From an uncultured Candidatus Saccharibacteria bacterium (GTDB taxonomy: Bacteria; Patescibacteriota; Saccharimonadia; UBA4664; CAZOQX01), in contig CAZOQX010000001.1 in the NCBI GenBank assembly GCA_964582465.1, positions 89,214 to 153,213 of the forward strand: a stretch of 64,000 nt of DNA. The letters are read 5' to 3'. The notes beneath the pieces were generated by a model, which saw only the letters and a program-made list of their open reading frames with translations, was not told where the DNA came from and made no database searches. Every line of letters begins with the position of its first letter. Within the stretch, counting starts at the first letter, position 1. Of the stretch, positions 9,569 to 18,573 are shown piece by piece. Made by a program: the position numbers and the translations under genes.

Positions 9569-10057
9569 TCAACCCGCAGTCGAAGTCTGGTGGGAATTGG
9601 CAAGCGCCAATTCACGGAAGAAGCGTTTGATGTCGTGGGTCGTTCGCAGCTTGGATGGTTCCAGCCGACCCTCTTCACGCAGCCGTTCGGCCGCAAAGAT
9701 CACGAAGTCGACCACGTCGCCTTGCTGGTTACAGCCGTGGCAGAAGAACCGACTGTTCGGCCACATTGTAACGGACGGCGTTTTCTCGCTGTGGGCTGGG
9801 CACAGTGCTACAAGCTTGTCGCCACTTTGACGACCTTGCCAGCCGAGCTCAGATAACACCTGTTTCCAAGTAACGGCGCCGCGCGCCCAGGCCGCAAAAT
9901 GGCGACTGATGCGCGGTTGATAACTCGGGACGGGCAGATAGAGCCGGTTGTAGCCCTTGCGCCGGTCGTACATGTAGACGTCGTAGCCAAGCTCGCGACC
10001 GTAGTCTTTGGTGTAGTCCGATAGGGGCCGCTCGTAACGGCGTAACTTTATGCGCAT
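9569..10057 (-). CDS. CHC2 zinc-finger (DnaG-primase-type) domain protein; orphan, mobile-element-like
   Basis: Motif CPAHSEKTPSVTMWPNSRFFCHGCNQQGDVVDF matches the primase CHC2 zinc finger. Local GC is elevated. No primase catalytic domain. Confidence 0.5.
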   Translation of the reverse strand: MRIKLRRYERPLSDYTKDYGRELGYDVYMYDRRKGYNRLYLPVPSYQPRISRHFAAWARGAVTWKQVLSELGWQGRQSGDKLVALCPAHSEKTPSVTMWPNSRFFCHGCNQQGDVVDFVIFAAERLREEGRLEPSKLRTTHDIKRFFRELALANSHQTSTAG

Positions 10058-10258
10058 GGCTCCTTCTTTGTCAAAGGGCCCTGGCTGGCGGCCACAACTC
10101 GGCGCCCCGCTTCCAGGTTCGCGAGAGATCAGCTGGGCACTTGGCAGCTTGGCAATCTCCGCTCCAATGAGAACATCGCCATCGGTTCCCTGATGGACTT
10201 ACAGTCTCACCAAGATTATACCTTAATAACTGATTAGCTAGCCGCTATAATGGCATAA

Positions 10259-11836
10259 GTGAATAAACTGCTAGAACGCGCCAATAGAAGAATTAGTACG
10301 GGGTCGGCCGCCGTCTTAATCGGGGCCGCTTTTATGGCGAGCCGCCTGCTCGGTCTACTGCGCGACCGCTTGCTCGCGAGCCACTTCGGTGTGAGTTCCG
10401 TCACCGACGCGTATACAGCTGCCTTCCGCCTGCCCGATATGCTCTTTACGCTGCTTGTCTCCGGCGCTCTGGCTGTGGCGCTCATCCCGATTCTAAGTGA
10501 GCATTGGCATAAGGGCGAAAAGGAACAGACCTGGGAGCTTGCCTCCAGCCTCATTAATAATCTGGCTCTTATTACTATTTTTGCGAGTGTAATTTTATTC
10601 ATCTTTGCTCATCCGCTGGTAAAACTAATTACGCCTGGCTTTGATGCCCACCGCCATCTGCTCGCCGTCAACATGACAAGGATCATGCTCGTGACGCCGT
10701 TCTTGTTTGCGATTTCAAGCGTGGTCGGCTCAGTTAGCCAGGCTTTCGGCCGGTTTTTGTTTTTTGCTACGGCCGGCATATTTTATAATCTCGGAATTAT
10801 TGTGGGCATTGTGGCGCTCGCGCCTCGCTTCGGAATATATGGTGTGGCCTATGGGGTGGTGATGGGGGCGGCCTTGCAGGTAATTATGCAGGTTTTGGGC
10901 TTGACCGGGTTGGGCTACAAGTATCGCTGGACGCTAAAGTGGCGTCGCACCAGCGTGGGCCGAGTGATTCGCCTGATGATTCCGCGCTCAATTGATCAGG
11001 GTATTGATCAAATCAACTACACTGTCGAAACAATCATTGGCTCGCATCTAGCCGCTGGGTCGCTCACGGCCTACTACTACGCCAATAATTTAAAGAACGT
11101 GCCCCTGGTGCTTTTTGGGACATCAATCGCTACAGCCGCTTTCCCAAGCTTGGCGTCTAGTGCGGCCGCCAAGGACCGGACGGGTGTGGTCGAGAACTTT
11201 GTGCTAAATGGTCGGATGATTCTATTCTTGGTTCTACCGGCGGCTACGGCAACCATTTTGTTGCGCGGCTACATTGTGCGCTTGCTCTTCGGATTCGGCA
11301 ACGCTACCACGGCCAGTACCCTGGGATTTTTTGCCGGTACAATTTTGTTTCAGAGTTTATTCTTCTTAGTGGCGCGGGTCTATTACGCTATGCAGGACAC
11401 CAAGACACCCCTTTTCACCAGTATTTTTGCGATCGGCCTCAATATCATTTTAAGTATTATTTTGGCGCGGCACATGCAAGTGGCCGGACTGGCCTTGGCC
11501 CAATCGATCGTGGCAGCTTTCGAAGTGTCGTTACTCCTTATAATCTTGCGCCGGCGGTTGGGTAACATCGGGCTAAAACCGCTGGGCGAGGGATTGCTTA
11601 GGATGCTGATCGCAAATGCCATCATGGGCAGTGCGATCTACATTTTAGTGGCGCGCGTCCTGCCACTTTATAAAATCGATCGTGGATTCCTGGTGGTCGG
11701 TCCCAAGTTTGCCGCCATCGTCATAATCGGCGCTCTGGTTTATCTCATCCCTTGCTATTTGCTCAACCTAAAGGAGGCCAAGCAATTTGTCTGGCGGCTG
11801 TTTAGTGCCTTGCGCCGGCCGATGACATTGGATTAG
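10259..11836 (+). CDS. murJ: Lipid II flippase MurJ/MviN
   Basis: 525 aa, about 14 TM helices. N-terminal MurJ signature LLGLLRDRLLASHFG...DAYTAAFRLPDMLF. Confidence 0.9.
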   Translation: MNKLLERANRRISTGSAAVLIGAAFMASRLLGLLRDRLLASHFGVSSVTDAYTAAFRLPDMLFTLLVSGALAVALIPILSEHWHKGEKEQTWELASSLINNLALITIFASVILFIFAHPLVKLITPGFDAHRHLLAVNMTRIMLVTPFLFAISSVVGSVSQAFGRFLFFATAGIFYNLGIIVGIVALAPRFGIYGVAYGVVMGAALQVIMQVLGLTGLGYKYRWTLKWRRTSVGRVIRLMIPRSIDQGIDQINYTVETIIGSHLAAGSLTAYYYANNLKNVPLVLFGTSIATAAFPSLASSAAAKDRTGVVENFVLNGRMILFLVLPAATATILLRGYIVRLLFGFGNATTASTLGFFAGTILFQSLFFLVARVYYAMQDTKTPLFTSIFAIGLNIILSIILARHMQVAGLALAQSIVAAFEVSLLLIILRRRLGNIGLKPLGEGLLRMLIANAIMGSAIYILVARVLPLYKIDRGFLVVGPKFAAIVIIGALVYLIPCYLLNLKEAKQFVWRLFSALRRPMTLD

Positions 11837-11903
11837 CTGATCACGCTTGTGTTTTAGCGGGTGAGTGGTATGCTAAAAACTAGCATTAAAGTGGAGTAGA
11901 GTT

Positions 11904-12074
11904 TTGGGAAAGATCGAAGCACTAGTCATAATTCTGGTTATTGTCCTGGTTCTCTTCGGTGGTAAAAAATTGCCAGAGCTGGCCAGGGGTATTGGCCAAT
12001 CTGTTAAGGAAGTTCGTAAGGGCTTTACCGGTGATGTCGATGAGCCAAGCAAAGACGAAAAGCCCAAGTCCTAG
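11904..12074 (+). CDS. tatA: Sec-independent translocase TatA/E; missed by the ORF track because under 60 aa
   Basis: TTG start after a GGAG RBS. Translation (L)GKIEALVIILVIVLVLFGGKKLPELARGIGQSVKEVRKGF..., i.e. TM helix, hinge, FGxxKLPEL amphipathic helix. Immediately upstream of tatC. Confidence 0.7.
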   Translation: MGKIEALVIILVIVLVLFGGKKLPELARGIGQSVKEVRKGFTGDVDEPSKDEKPKS

Positions 12075-12080
12075 ACTTCC

Positions 12081-12968
12081 ATGAGCAAGGGCGTTGCCAG
12101 TCCGTTTTACACCCATGTTCAAGAATTTCGGCGCAGGCTATTCTGGACAGCTTTAGTTTTTCTGGGAGGCGCTGGAGCTGGCTATTTCTTTCGTTTACCA
12201 CTGACTAAGGTACTAAACCAGCCGATTGCTCAGCCACTTTTTTATACTTCTCCGAGCGGCGGGTTTGATTTCTACGTGAAGATTAGTTTGGCGGTTGGGT
12301 TGATGGCTGCAATCCCGGCAATTCTGTATCATCTTGTCCGTTTTATCGACCCGGCTTTTGAACGGAAAATCCATGGCCGACATCTAAGCTTGCTTGTCTT
12401 GCTCTCGTTTACGTTGATGCTAGCCGGCATGGCGTTCGCTTGGTTTGTGGTGTTACCAATGAGTTTGCACTTCTTTTCGAGCTATAACAGCCACTTTTTA
12501 AATCCACTCATCTCGGGTACGGAGTACCTCGCCTTTATTATCAACATGTTGGTAACATTTGCTCTCATTTTCCAGCTGCCCCTGCTGCTGCTGTCCGTCA
12601 ATTGGATTACCCCGATCAAGCCGCGCAAATTATTGAAGTTCCAACGCTACGTGATCGTGGGCAGCCTAATTATTGCCGTCATTTTGCCCTTTACCTACGA
12701 CCCAATTACCCAATTTGTGATTGCGCTGCCGATCATCGGTCTCTATGAATTCTCGGTGCTATTGATTTGGATGGTCAACCGCAGGCCGAAGTATAACTTT
12801 GACGCCTTCCCGAATTATCTACCACAGGACAATCTTAAGCTGGCTGGCCCAGAGCCGGCTACGGTGTTCGTCGATTTGCCTACGCTTGCCCCACCTGCGA
12901 AGATATCCCACCCTGTGCCCTCAAGGGTGCTTGACCTCAGGTCACCACAGCGTAATTACGCCGCTTAA
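12081..12968 (+). CDS. tatC: Twin-arginine translocase subunit TatC
   Basis: 295 aa, 6 TM helices. Conserved N-terminal region HVQEFRRRLFW. Confidence 0.9.
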   Translation: MSKGVASPFYTHVQEFRRRLFWTALVFLGGAGAGYFFRLPLTKVLNQPIAQPLFYTSPSGGFDFYVKISLAVGLMAAIPAILYHLVRFIDPAFERKIHGRHLSLLVLLSFTLMLAGMAFAWFVVLPMSLHFFSSYNSHFLNPLISGTEYLAFIINMLVTFALIFQLPLLLLSVNWITPIKPRKLLKFQRYVIVGSLIIAVILPFTYDPITQFVIALPIIGLYEFSVLLIWMVNRRPKYNFDAFPNYLPQDNLKLAGPEPATVFVDLPTLAPPAKISHPVPSRVLDLRSPQRNYAA

Positions 12969-12973
12969 GCCCA

Positions 12974-15208
12974 TTAGCTAGCTCCCGTTCTAGCTGAGGC
13001 AACCGTGCGAGTGGCAGATAGCGATCGGGTAGTAGCGCTAGTGTGAGTCGTGGCTGAGGGACGCTTGGTAGTAAAGTCAAAGCCAGTGTTACCAGAAACA
13101 TTGGTACCATGGTAGGCCAAGACGGGTGTACGGGTACCGGTAACCGTGATGTCTTGGATGGAGTTATAACTCGATACCCAGGTGCCCGAGGAGCCGAGAG
13201 CGATGGTGGCAGCAGTACCACCAACATTAGATTTGATAGTCAAAACCTTAGTTGAGATCCCAACCGAAGTGAAAGACGTCTGAATGGTCTGAGTAACGTT
13301 CGGACTTAAGTTAATAGTTTTGGCACTTCCCCCGATAAGGAGGCGGTTATAGGTATTCGCTCCCGTGACTGTCAGGGTAGCCGTAGAGTTGGAATCATAT
13401 GTCACTGTACCAAAAGTGGTTCCGTTCGGCGCAAAAGTCATAGTTGCTACAGCTGATCCTGGAGATATCGTAAAAGTCGCTGAGCTAGCATTCACAGTAC
13501 CGCTCGTAACATTGACGATGCTAATGGCATCACGGTTACAGTTCAAAATGATATTCGAGCTTCCCAAGTTGAACGTTCCGCCCGTACAGGTAAACTGGCA
13601 GACAGTGACGGTTTTGCTGTTAGTATCGAAGGTTCCCGCCGAGGCGGTAACGGAAGAGGACGTCGCCCCAGAGGCGGGGGCAAAAGTCAGATTGTCTTGT
13701 AGAGTATAGGTTCCGCCGCCAGATGCCACCTGCGGCCGCCAGCCTAAACCCAAACGCATGCCGTTCGTGGTTAGAGTTTGGCTGCCCCTCCCCCGAAGCA
13801 CCCAGTTGATTACTGCAGCGTCTGCAGTCATGGCTCCTAGAGTTAAGTTGCCGTAAAAGGTGGAATCAAGGTTAGGCGCAAGAGTTGGATTATTAGCAAT
13901 AGCCGAGAAATTCACATGCCGACCTTTACGGGGCATGTCACCGGTGATCGTCCTTCCAGTTGAAGTAATCGAATTGGCGGTAAAGAACACATCGTCCTGC
14001 GCCAAAGGCACCGTTGCACCTGAGGCACCGCCATCTGAAGTTGACCATGAAGTAGTGTTACTCCAGTTACCGCCGGTCGTTGCTACCCAGTAACGATTGA
14101 CGCCGTTGCCGCCATTAGATGTACCGGCGTTAACAGTGAAAGTAATATTCGAATTGCCTAAAGCATCTCCGAGCGAAGTTCCCGTCCAGGCCGCGTTACC
14201 GGGCAGACCAGCACCCGTGATGTCTTGAAAGTCGGCGTTAGTCAGCGAAATGGCCCCAGCTGTAATCGTGGTTGCGGCTCCAAGGGTGTTAGCCTGCACG
14301 AGCAGTCTATTTGTCAGCGAGTTACCAGTAGCAGTAAAGGTGTTCGTGATAGTAACGGAGGAGTGACCCCATGATATTGAGTCAGTCTTGGCGGTCGTAC
14401 CCGTACGGGTAAGGTTTGTGTACGTTGGGTTAGTCGCGTTATTGTCGCCCATGGTCACTATGCCAGAGCCAGAAAAGATCACGGTCCCGTAAGTAACTGC
14501 GGTATTGCCCCCTCGAAAGGTGACGGCTGCCCCTGAGCAAGTAATCGTTGAACTCGCAGCATTGAGCGTCATCCCGCTTGAGTTCTGAGATTGCCATGAA
14601 GTACCGGCGCCTGTGATTGTGATAGCTGAATTTGTAATGGTCAAAGTCCTTGTATTGGTGTTATTCGAGTTAAAATTGCCCAACGAAAGTGTTTGGCCAT
14701 TGGTGTCGAGCGTACCTTGGGTCAGTGTGACAGTACCCGTTGAGTTAGTATTTAATGCACTCGTCAATTGGTAGCTTCCGGTCACGCTCCCCGACCCGAA
14801 GGTAACAGTATTGGGCATGGTCTTGCCCTTAGTGTCAACCACTTGGGGGGTAGCAGCGGTTGTCCTAAGCAAGACCTGGGCCGACTTATTGACCCCCAGT
14901 GTATAGGTCATGGCGTTAGAAAACTTCAGGATTACGTTACCAGTTCCCGCCGTGGCATCACCCATGTTAAGTAGGGTGGAATCACTATGGGTCAGAACGC
15001 CCCCGTAGTCACCCGTTCCAGAGGTACAGTCCAAGGAACGGCAAGCCGAGTTAATGTCTATTGTGACGTTGCCACTGCCTGTTTCGAAAATAACGTCATC
15101 AGCAGTCGTGGGTGGGCCAGACGAATCACCCCCAGCCGACGAGACGTTAGACCATGTACTAGCGGCACTCCAATTGCCACCAGCTGCTTTAGCGTAGAGC
15201 GTAGCCAT
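12974..15208 (-). CDS. Giant paralogous Thr/Ser/Gly/Asn-rich beta-helix-like surface/adhesin-like protein (744 aa), paralog 6 of 6
   Basis: N-terminal module MATLYAKAAGGNWSAASTWS...PPTTADDVIFETGSGNVTID. Repeated GTLDTNGQTxSxG and NxxNTRTLTxxNS motifs. Conserved C-terminal tail ...PVLAYHGT...TRTGAS. Start overlaps the upstream stop (TAATG). Confidence 0.8.
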   Translation of the reverse strand: MATLYAKAAGGNWSAASTWSNVSSAGGDSSGPPTTADDVIFETGSGNVTIDINSACRSLDCTSGTGDYGGVLTHSDSTLLNMGDATAGTGNVILKFSNAMTYTLGVNKSAQVLLRTTAATPQVVDTKGKTMPNTVTFGSGSVTGSYQLTSALNTNSTGTVTLTQGTLDTNGQTLSLGNFNSNNTNTRTLTITNSAITITGAGTSWQSQNSSGMTLNAASSTITCSGAAVTFRGGNTAVTYGTVIFSGSGIVTMGDNNATNPTYTNLTRTGTTAKTDSISWGHSSVTITNTFTATGNSLTNRLLVQANTLGAATTITAGAISLTNADFQDITGAGLPGNAAWTGTSLGDALGNSNITFTVNAGTSNGGNGVNRYWVATTGGNWSNTTSWSTSDGGASGATVPLAQDDVFFTANSITSTGRTITGDMPRKGRHVNFSAIANNPTLAPNLDSTFYGNLTLGAMTADAAVINWVLRGRGSQTLTTNGMRLGLGWRPQVASGGGTYTLQDNLTFAPASGATSSSVTASAGTFDTNSKTVTVCQFTCTGGTFNLGSSNIILNCNRDAISIVNVTSGTVNASSATFTISPGSAVATMTFAPNGTTFGTVTYDSNSTATLTVTGANTYNRLLIGGSAKTINLSPNVTQTIQTSFTSVGISTKVLTIKSNVGGTAATIALGSSGTWVSSYNSIQDITVTGTRTPVLAYHGTNVSGNTGFDFTTKRPSATTHTSATTRSLSATRTVASARTGAS

Positions 15209-18200
15209 CAGCTGGCCCCCGTTCTGGTAGAGGCTAAAGTTCTGGCGTTAGCGCGTGCCCTCGTGACTCCTATCACGCTGCGGGTTACGCTGTTCGGCCG
15301 AATGGCGGAGAAATTGAAGCCCGTGTTGCCCGAAACGTTAGTGCCACGATGAGCTGCCACGGGGATATTGCCAGTCACGGTGATATCGGTTAGAACATTA
15401 TTAGTTTGTGACCAAATACCGGTAGCACCGAGCGCAAATATAACGGGCGTGCCCGGAGTAGCGGAACTGATCGTAATGGGTGAACTAGATCGCCCGATTG
15501 TAGTCATGTACCCCGTAACTGTGAAGGTTTGACCGGCTTGAACGGAAATGGTGTTCACGTCTATAACCACATTCCTAAACGTCGGCGACTGGTTGAACGT
15601 AAACGCCGGTGTTGAGCGGCCTATGATGAGGTCGATATTAGTATAAACATTATTGCCCCAAGATAATTGATGCGGTGTGACTGCCGCCTTATCCCCGACG
15701 ACAATCTGTCCCGCTGATGGGCCGATAGTTGTAGCAGTAGCACTCAGGGTGTATGGCGTACCATTAACACCAATCCCCAACCCAGTGATGATAATTTTGC
15801 CATTATTAAAGGTCAAAACTTTGGTTTGTCCATTATTACCGTTAAAAAGCGGGGTAGTAAGAGCGAACCCATTTAAATTAAGTTCTCCCGTTCCCAAACT
15901 GTTTACGCCCGTTGCACTGGTGAGGGTCATATTATCCATTAATTTATAGCTACCTATGCCGGCTTGAATTTGGCAAGGGGGAGCAATAACGCCGCCTGTG
16001 GTGAGGGTTTGGATGCCTCCGCGTCCGTTATAAATAACTACGTTGTTGTACGTCCCATTCGTTGTTCCGGTCTGGTTCCAGTTGCCCCCAACTGTCACGG
16101 CACCACCGGCGTTGAAGCTTAGTGTGGGTCTATTTTTAACGGCCGAAAAATCAATATCTTTACCGATTCTTACTTGATCCACAGTGATGGTCATACTGGT
16201 TGAGCCGACTGATGCGGCGTTAATATTTACCGCGTCGTGGATTAAGGGGATACTGGCTCCACTTGACCCTCCCGATGAAGCCGACCACGAGTTAGTACTG
16301 GCCCAAGTAATGTTTGGATTTTTGACTGTCACTGTGGCGGCGTTCGTAGAGCTTTCGGTGAACGAGGCTGTACCGGCCGACTGCGTCGTAAAGTTGGCAT
16401 CAAAGGCTGTTGTCCCGGCAATACCGTTTAAAACTACGACTCGGTAAATGTTACCCGTTGCCCAGTTGGAAGTACCGCCGCCGTTACCGATTTCCAGTAG
16501 CTGTGTGCCATCAAACAAGCCCTCAATCGTGGTCGATATGTTTGCGCCTAGCTGCGTCCAGACACTCGGAACGCTGGCGGAATCAGCGGCGGTGAAGAAC
16601 TGCACCGTGCCGGTAGTGCTGTCTCTGGTTGCCCGTACCCACATAGTTGCTCCATTAGTAATACCATTTACCACCGTTGAAGTGGCAGTGCGGAGGGTTG
16701 AACCGTTGGCGCTAGTTCTAAGATTGAAGTTACCCGCCGTATCAACGTAAAAAGCATAGGAGCAGGTTGAGGTCGAGGCGTACTTTGCTGCTAAGTACTG
16801 AACGGCCGCAGGATTGGTCCAGTTATCTAGAGCGACCCTCACCCTTATATCAATCGAGCCGGTAATGGATAGGGCAGCTGAGTCAGGGGCGGTGGCTTCA
16901 CCTGTAGTTAAGCCATTCAGTCTTAAGTATGATCCGTTAAGAGCAGCTGCCGAAACCATATACCTTGTAACTGGGGTGGTAAATTTAGTGCCGGCATTGC
17001 CGTTGCCGTCACCAGAGAGCCCCGTCACCGCCGATAGATCGAGAGGGGTTGCCGTAGTGCCCCCAACCACCCACGTTGAGGCCGAATTAGCCTTTTCAAG
17101 CATAGAACCATCGATATAAAACGTAGTTGCTAGGGTGCCATTGACCTTGACTCCTACCTGCAGGGCATTGCCGAGCGTCGGGTGGGGAGTATTGCCCATC
17201 GTTAAAGTAATTGAGTACCGATCCCACCCTCCGGTAGCAGTACCACTGGAAGTGTAGACGGCACCGTTAGCCCCAAAGTCTACTCCCGCCAAAGTGATGG
17301 GTGTGCCGGCCGGAGCCAGGATATATGTTGAATACGTGTAGGTTGTACCCGACGCGCCATCGGGCAGGCCTTGGCTTGCGCCCAACACATATTGCCAAGC
17401 GCCTTCAGTGGCTCTGGCCGTATCAGTTACAACCTGGAAAGAATAATTTCCTTCCCAAGCAAAGTTAGAGCTAAAGGCGCTACTGGCAGCAGCATTGGCA
17501 GTAGAGTTGTTAGAGTTGGCGCTCCAGCCGCCACTTGAGATTTCCACCCTAGAGCAATGGGGCCTTAAGATATTGTCGCCGGCATTAAAGTTACTCTCCT
17601 TATAAAAGAAAATGTCCTGAAAGTCGCAATTGGAGATCGACGGGGTGTTAGTGTAAATGATATATCTGGCGCTGCCGACCGTGCCGTTGACCACGCTAAT
17701 ACGGTTTGTCACGCTATTGCCCGCAAAAGTGATATTAGTACAAGTCACCGTGGTACTAAGGGCAAGACTGTCTAGTTTAGAGGCCGTGCCGGTGCGAGTG
17801 AGGGTAGATATGGTTGTGCCAGTCGCTGCCGATGTTAAAACTGCCTGCCCGGTCCCCGTGAAGTTGACTGTGCCATAGGCTTGGCCACTGCCCGAAAAAG
17901 TAGCGGCCGCCCCACTTATGGTGATGGTTGAAGAAGCCGCTGAACAAGTTAAACCGGTAATCGCTCCCATGTTAAACGAGGTACCAGTACCAGTGATGGT
18001 TACATTAGCCGTACCAAATACAATCGTTCGGTTGTTTGAGTTATTGGTATTGAATAGTCCCCAAGAAATTGTCTGATTATTTAAATCAAGGGTTCCACTG
18101 CTGAGAGTGGTGGTCGAAGTAGCGGTAGACGTCCAAGCCCGGGTTAGTTGCCACGAACCACCGCTTTGGAACTGAACGTTCCCGGTAGTCGTACCTACAC

Positions 18201-18573
18201 CAAAGTCAACCGTCTGTACCGTTGCCGATGTCGAAGAGAACCTCAAGAGAGAATTTGTGGCACTCACTGGCGTATATGTTCCCGTGAACTTCCAAGCCAC
18301 GTTGCCCGGGCCTGGCGTAGCGTCTCCAATGTCTAATATAAAGGTGGTGTTGTGTGTGAGTGTGCCGGCATAATTGCCTGTCCCAGCGGTGCAGTCTAGG
18401 CTGCGGCAAGCGCCCGAGGCGTCGATAGTTACATTCCCTGAGCCGGCTTCAAAGATAACATTGTCGGCAGACGTTGGAGGTCCGGCCGAATCACCTCCAC
18501 CAGAACCAGTCGCAGACCATGTACCGGCAGCAGACCAGTTACCACCAGCGGCTTTAGCGTAAAGCGTGGCCAT
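15208..18573 (-). CDS. Giant paralogous beta-helix-like protein (1121 aa) with CBM4/9-like and LamG-like inserts, paralog 5
   Basis: Same N- and C-terminal modules. Internal carbohydrate-binding-module-like segment (...FYIDGSMLEKA...). Concanavalin-A/LamG-like segment (YLRLNGLTTGEATAPDSAALSITGSIDIRVRVALDNWT). Confidence 0.8.
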   Translation of the reverse strand: MATLYAKAAGGNWSAAGTWSATGSGGGDSAGPPTSADNVIFEAGSGNVTIDASGACRSLDCTAGTGNYAGTLTHNTTFILDIGDATPGPGNVAWKFTGTYTPVSATNSLLRFSSTSATVQTVDFGVGTTTGNVQFQSGGSWQLTRAWTSTATSTTTLSSGTLDLNNQTISWGLFNTNNSNNRTIVFGTANVTITGTGTSFNMGAITGLTCSAASSTITISGAAATFSGSGQAYGTVNFTGTGQAVLTSAATGTTISTLTRTGTASKLDSLALSTTVTCTNITFAGNSVTNRISVVNGTVGSARYIIYTNTPSISNCDFQDIFFYKESNFNAGDNILRPHCSRVEISSGGWSANSNNSTANAAASSAFSSNFAWEGNYSFQVVTDTARATEGAWQYVLGASQGLPDGASGTTYTYSTYILAPAGTPITLAGVDFGANGAVYTSSGTATGGWDRYSITLTMGNTPHPTLGNALQVGVKVNGTLATTFYIDGSMLEKANSASTWVVGGTTATPLDLSAVTGLSGDGNGNAGTKFTTPVTRYMVSAAALNGSYLRLNGLTTGEATAPDSAALSITGSIDIRVRVALDNWTNPAAVQYLAAKYASTSTCSYAFYVDTAGNFNLRTSANGSTLRTATSTVVNGITNGATMWVRATRDSTTGTVQFFTAADSASVPSVWTQLGANISTTIEGLFDGTQLLEIGNGGGTSNWATGNIYRVVVLNGIAGTTAFDANFTTQSAGTASFTESSTNAATVTVKNPNITWASTNSWSASSGGSSGASIPLIHDAVNINAASVGSTSMTITVDQVRIGKDIDFSAVKNRPTLSFNAGGAVTVGGNWNQTGTTNGTYNNVVIYNGRGGIQTLTTGGVIAPPCQIQAGIGSYKLMDNMTLTSATGVNSLGTGELNLNGFALTTPLFNGNNGQTKVLTFNNGKIIITGLGIGVNGTPYTLSATATTIGPSAGQIVVGDKAAVTPHQLSWGNNVYTNIDLIIGRSTPAFTFNQSPTFRNVVIDVNTISVQAGQTFTVTGYMTTIGRSSSPITISSATPGTPVIFALGATGIWSQTNNVLTDITVTGNIPVAAHRGTNVSGNTGFNFSAIRPNSVTRSVIGVTRARANARTLASTRTGAS

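Noticed and set aside
11840-11880. Inverted repeat GTTTTAGC-(13 nt)-GCTAAAAAC after murJ as a possible terminator
   Set aside because: AT-rich weak stem without a clear T-tract, and it sits where the tatA promoter/RBS must be. Too ambiguous to call.
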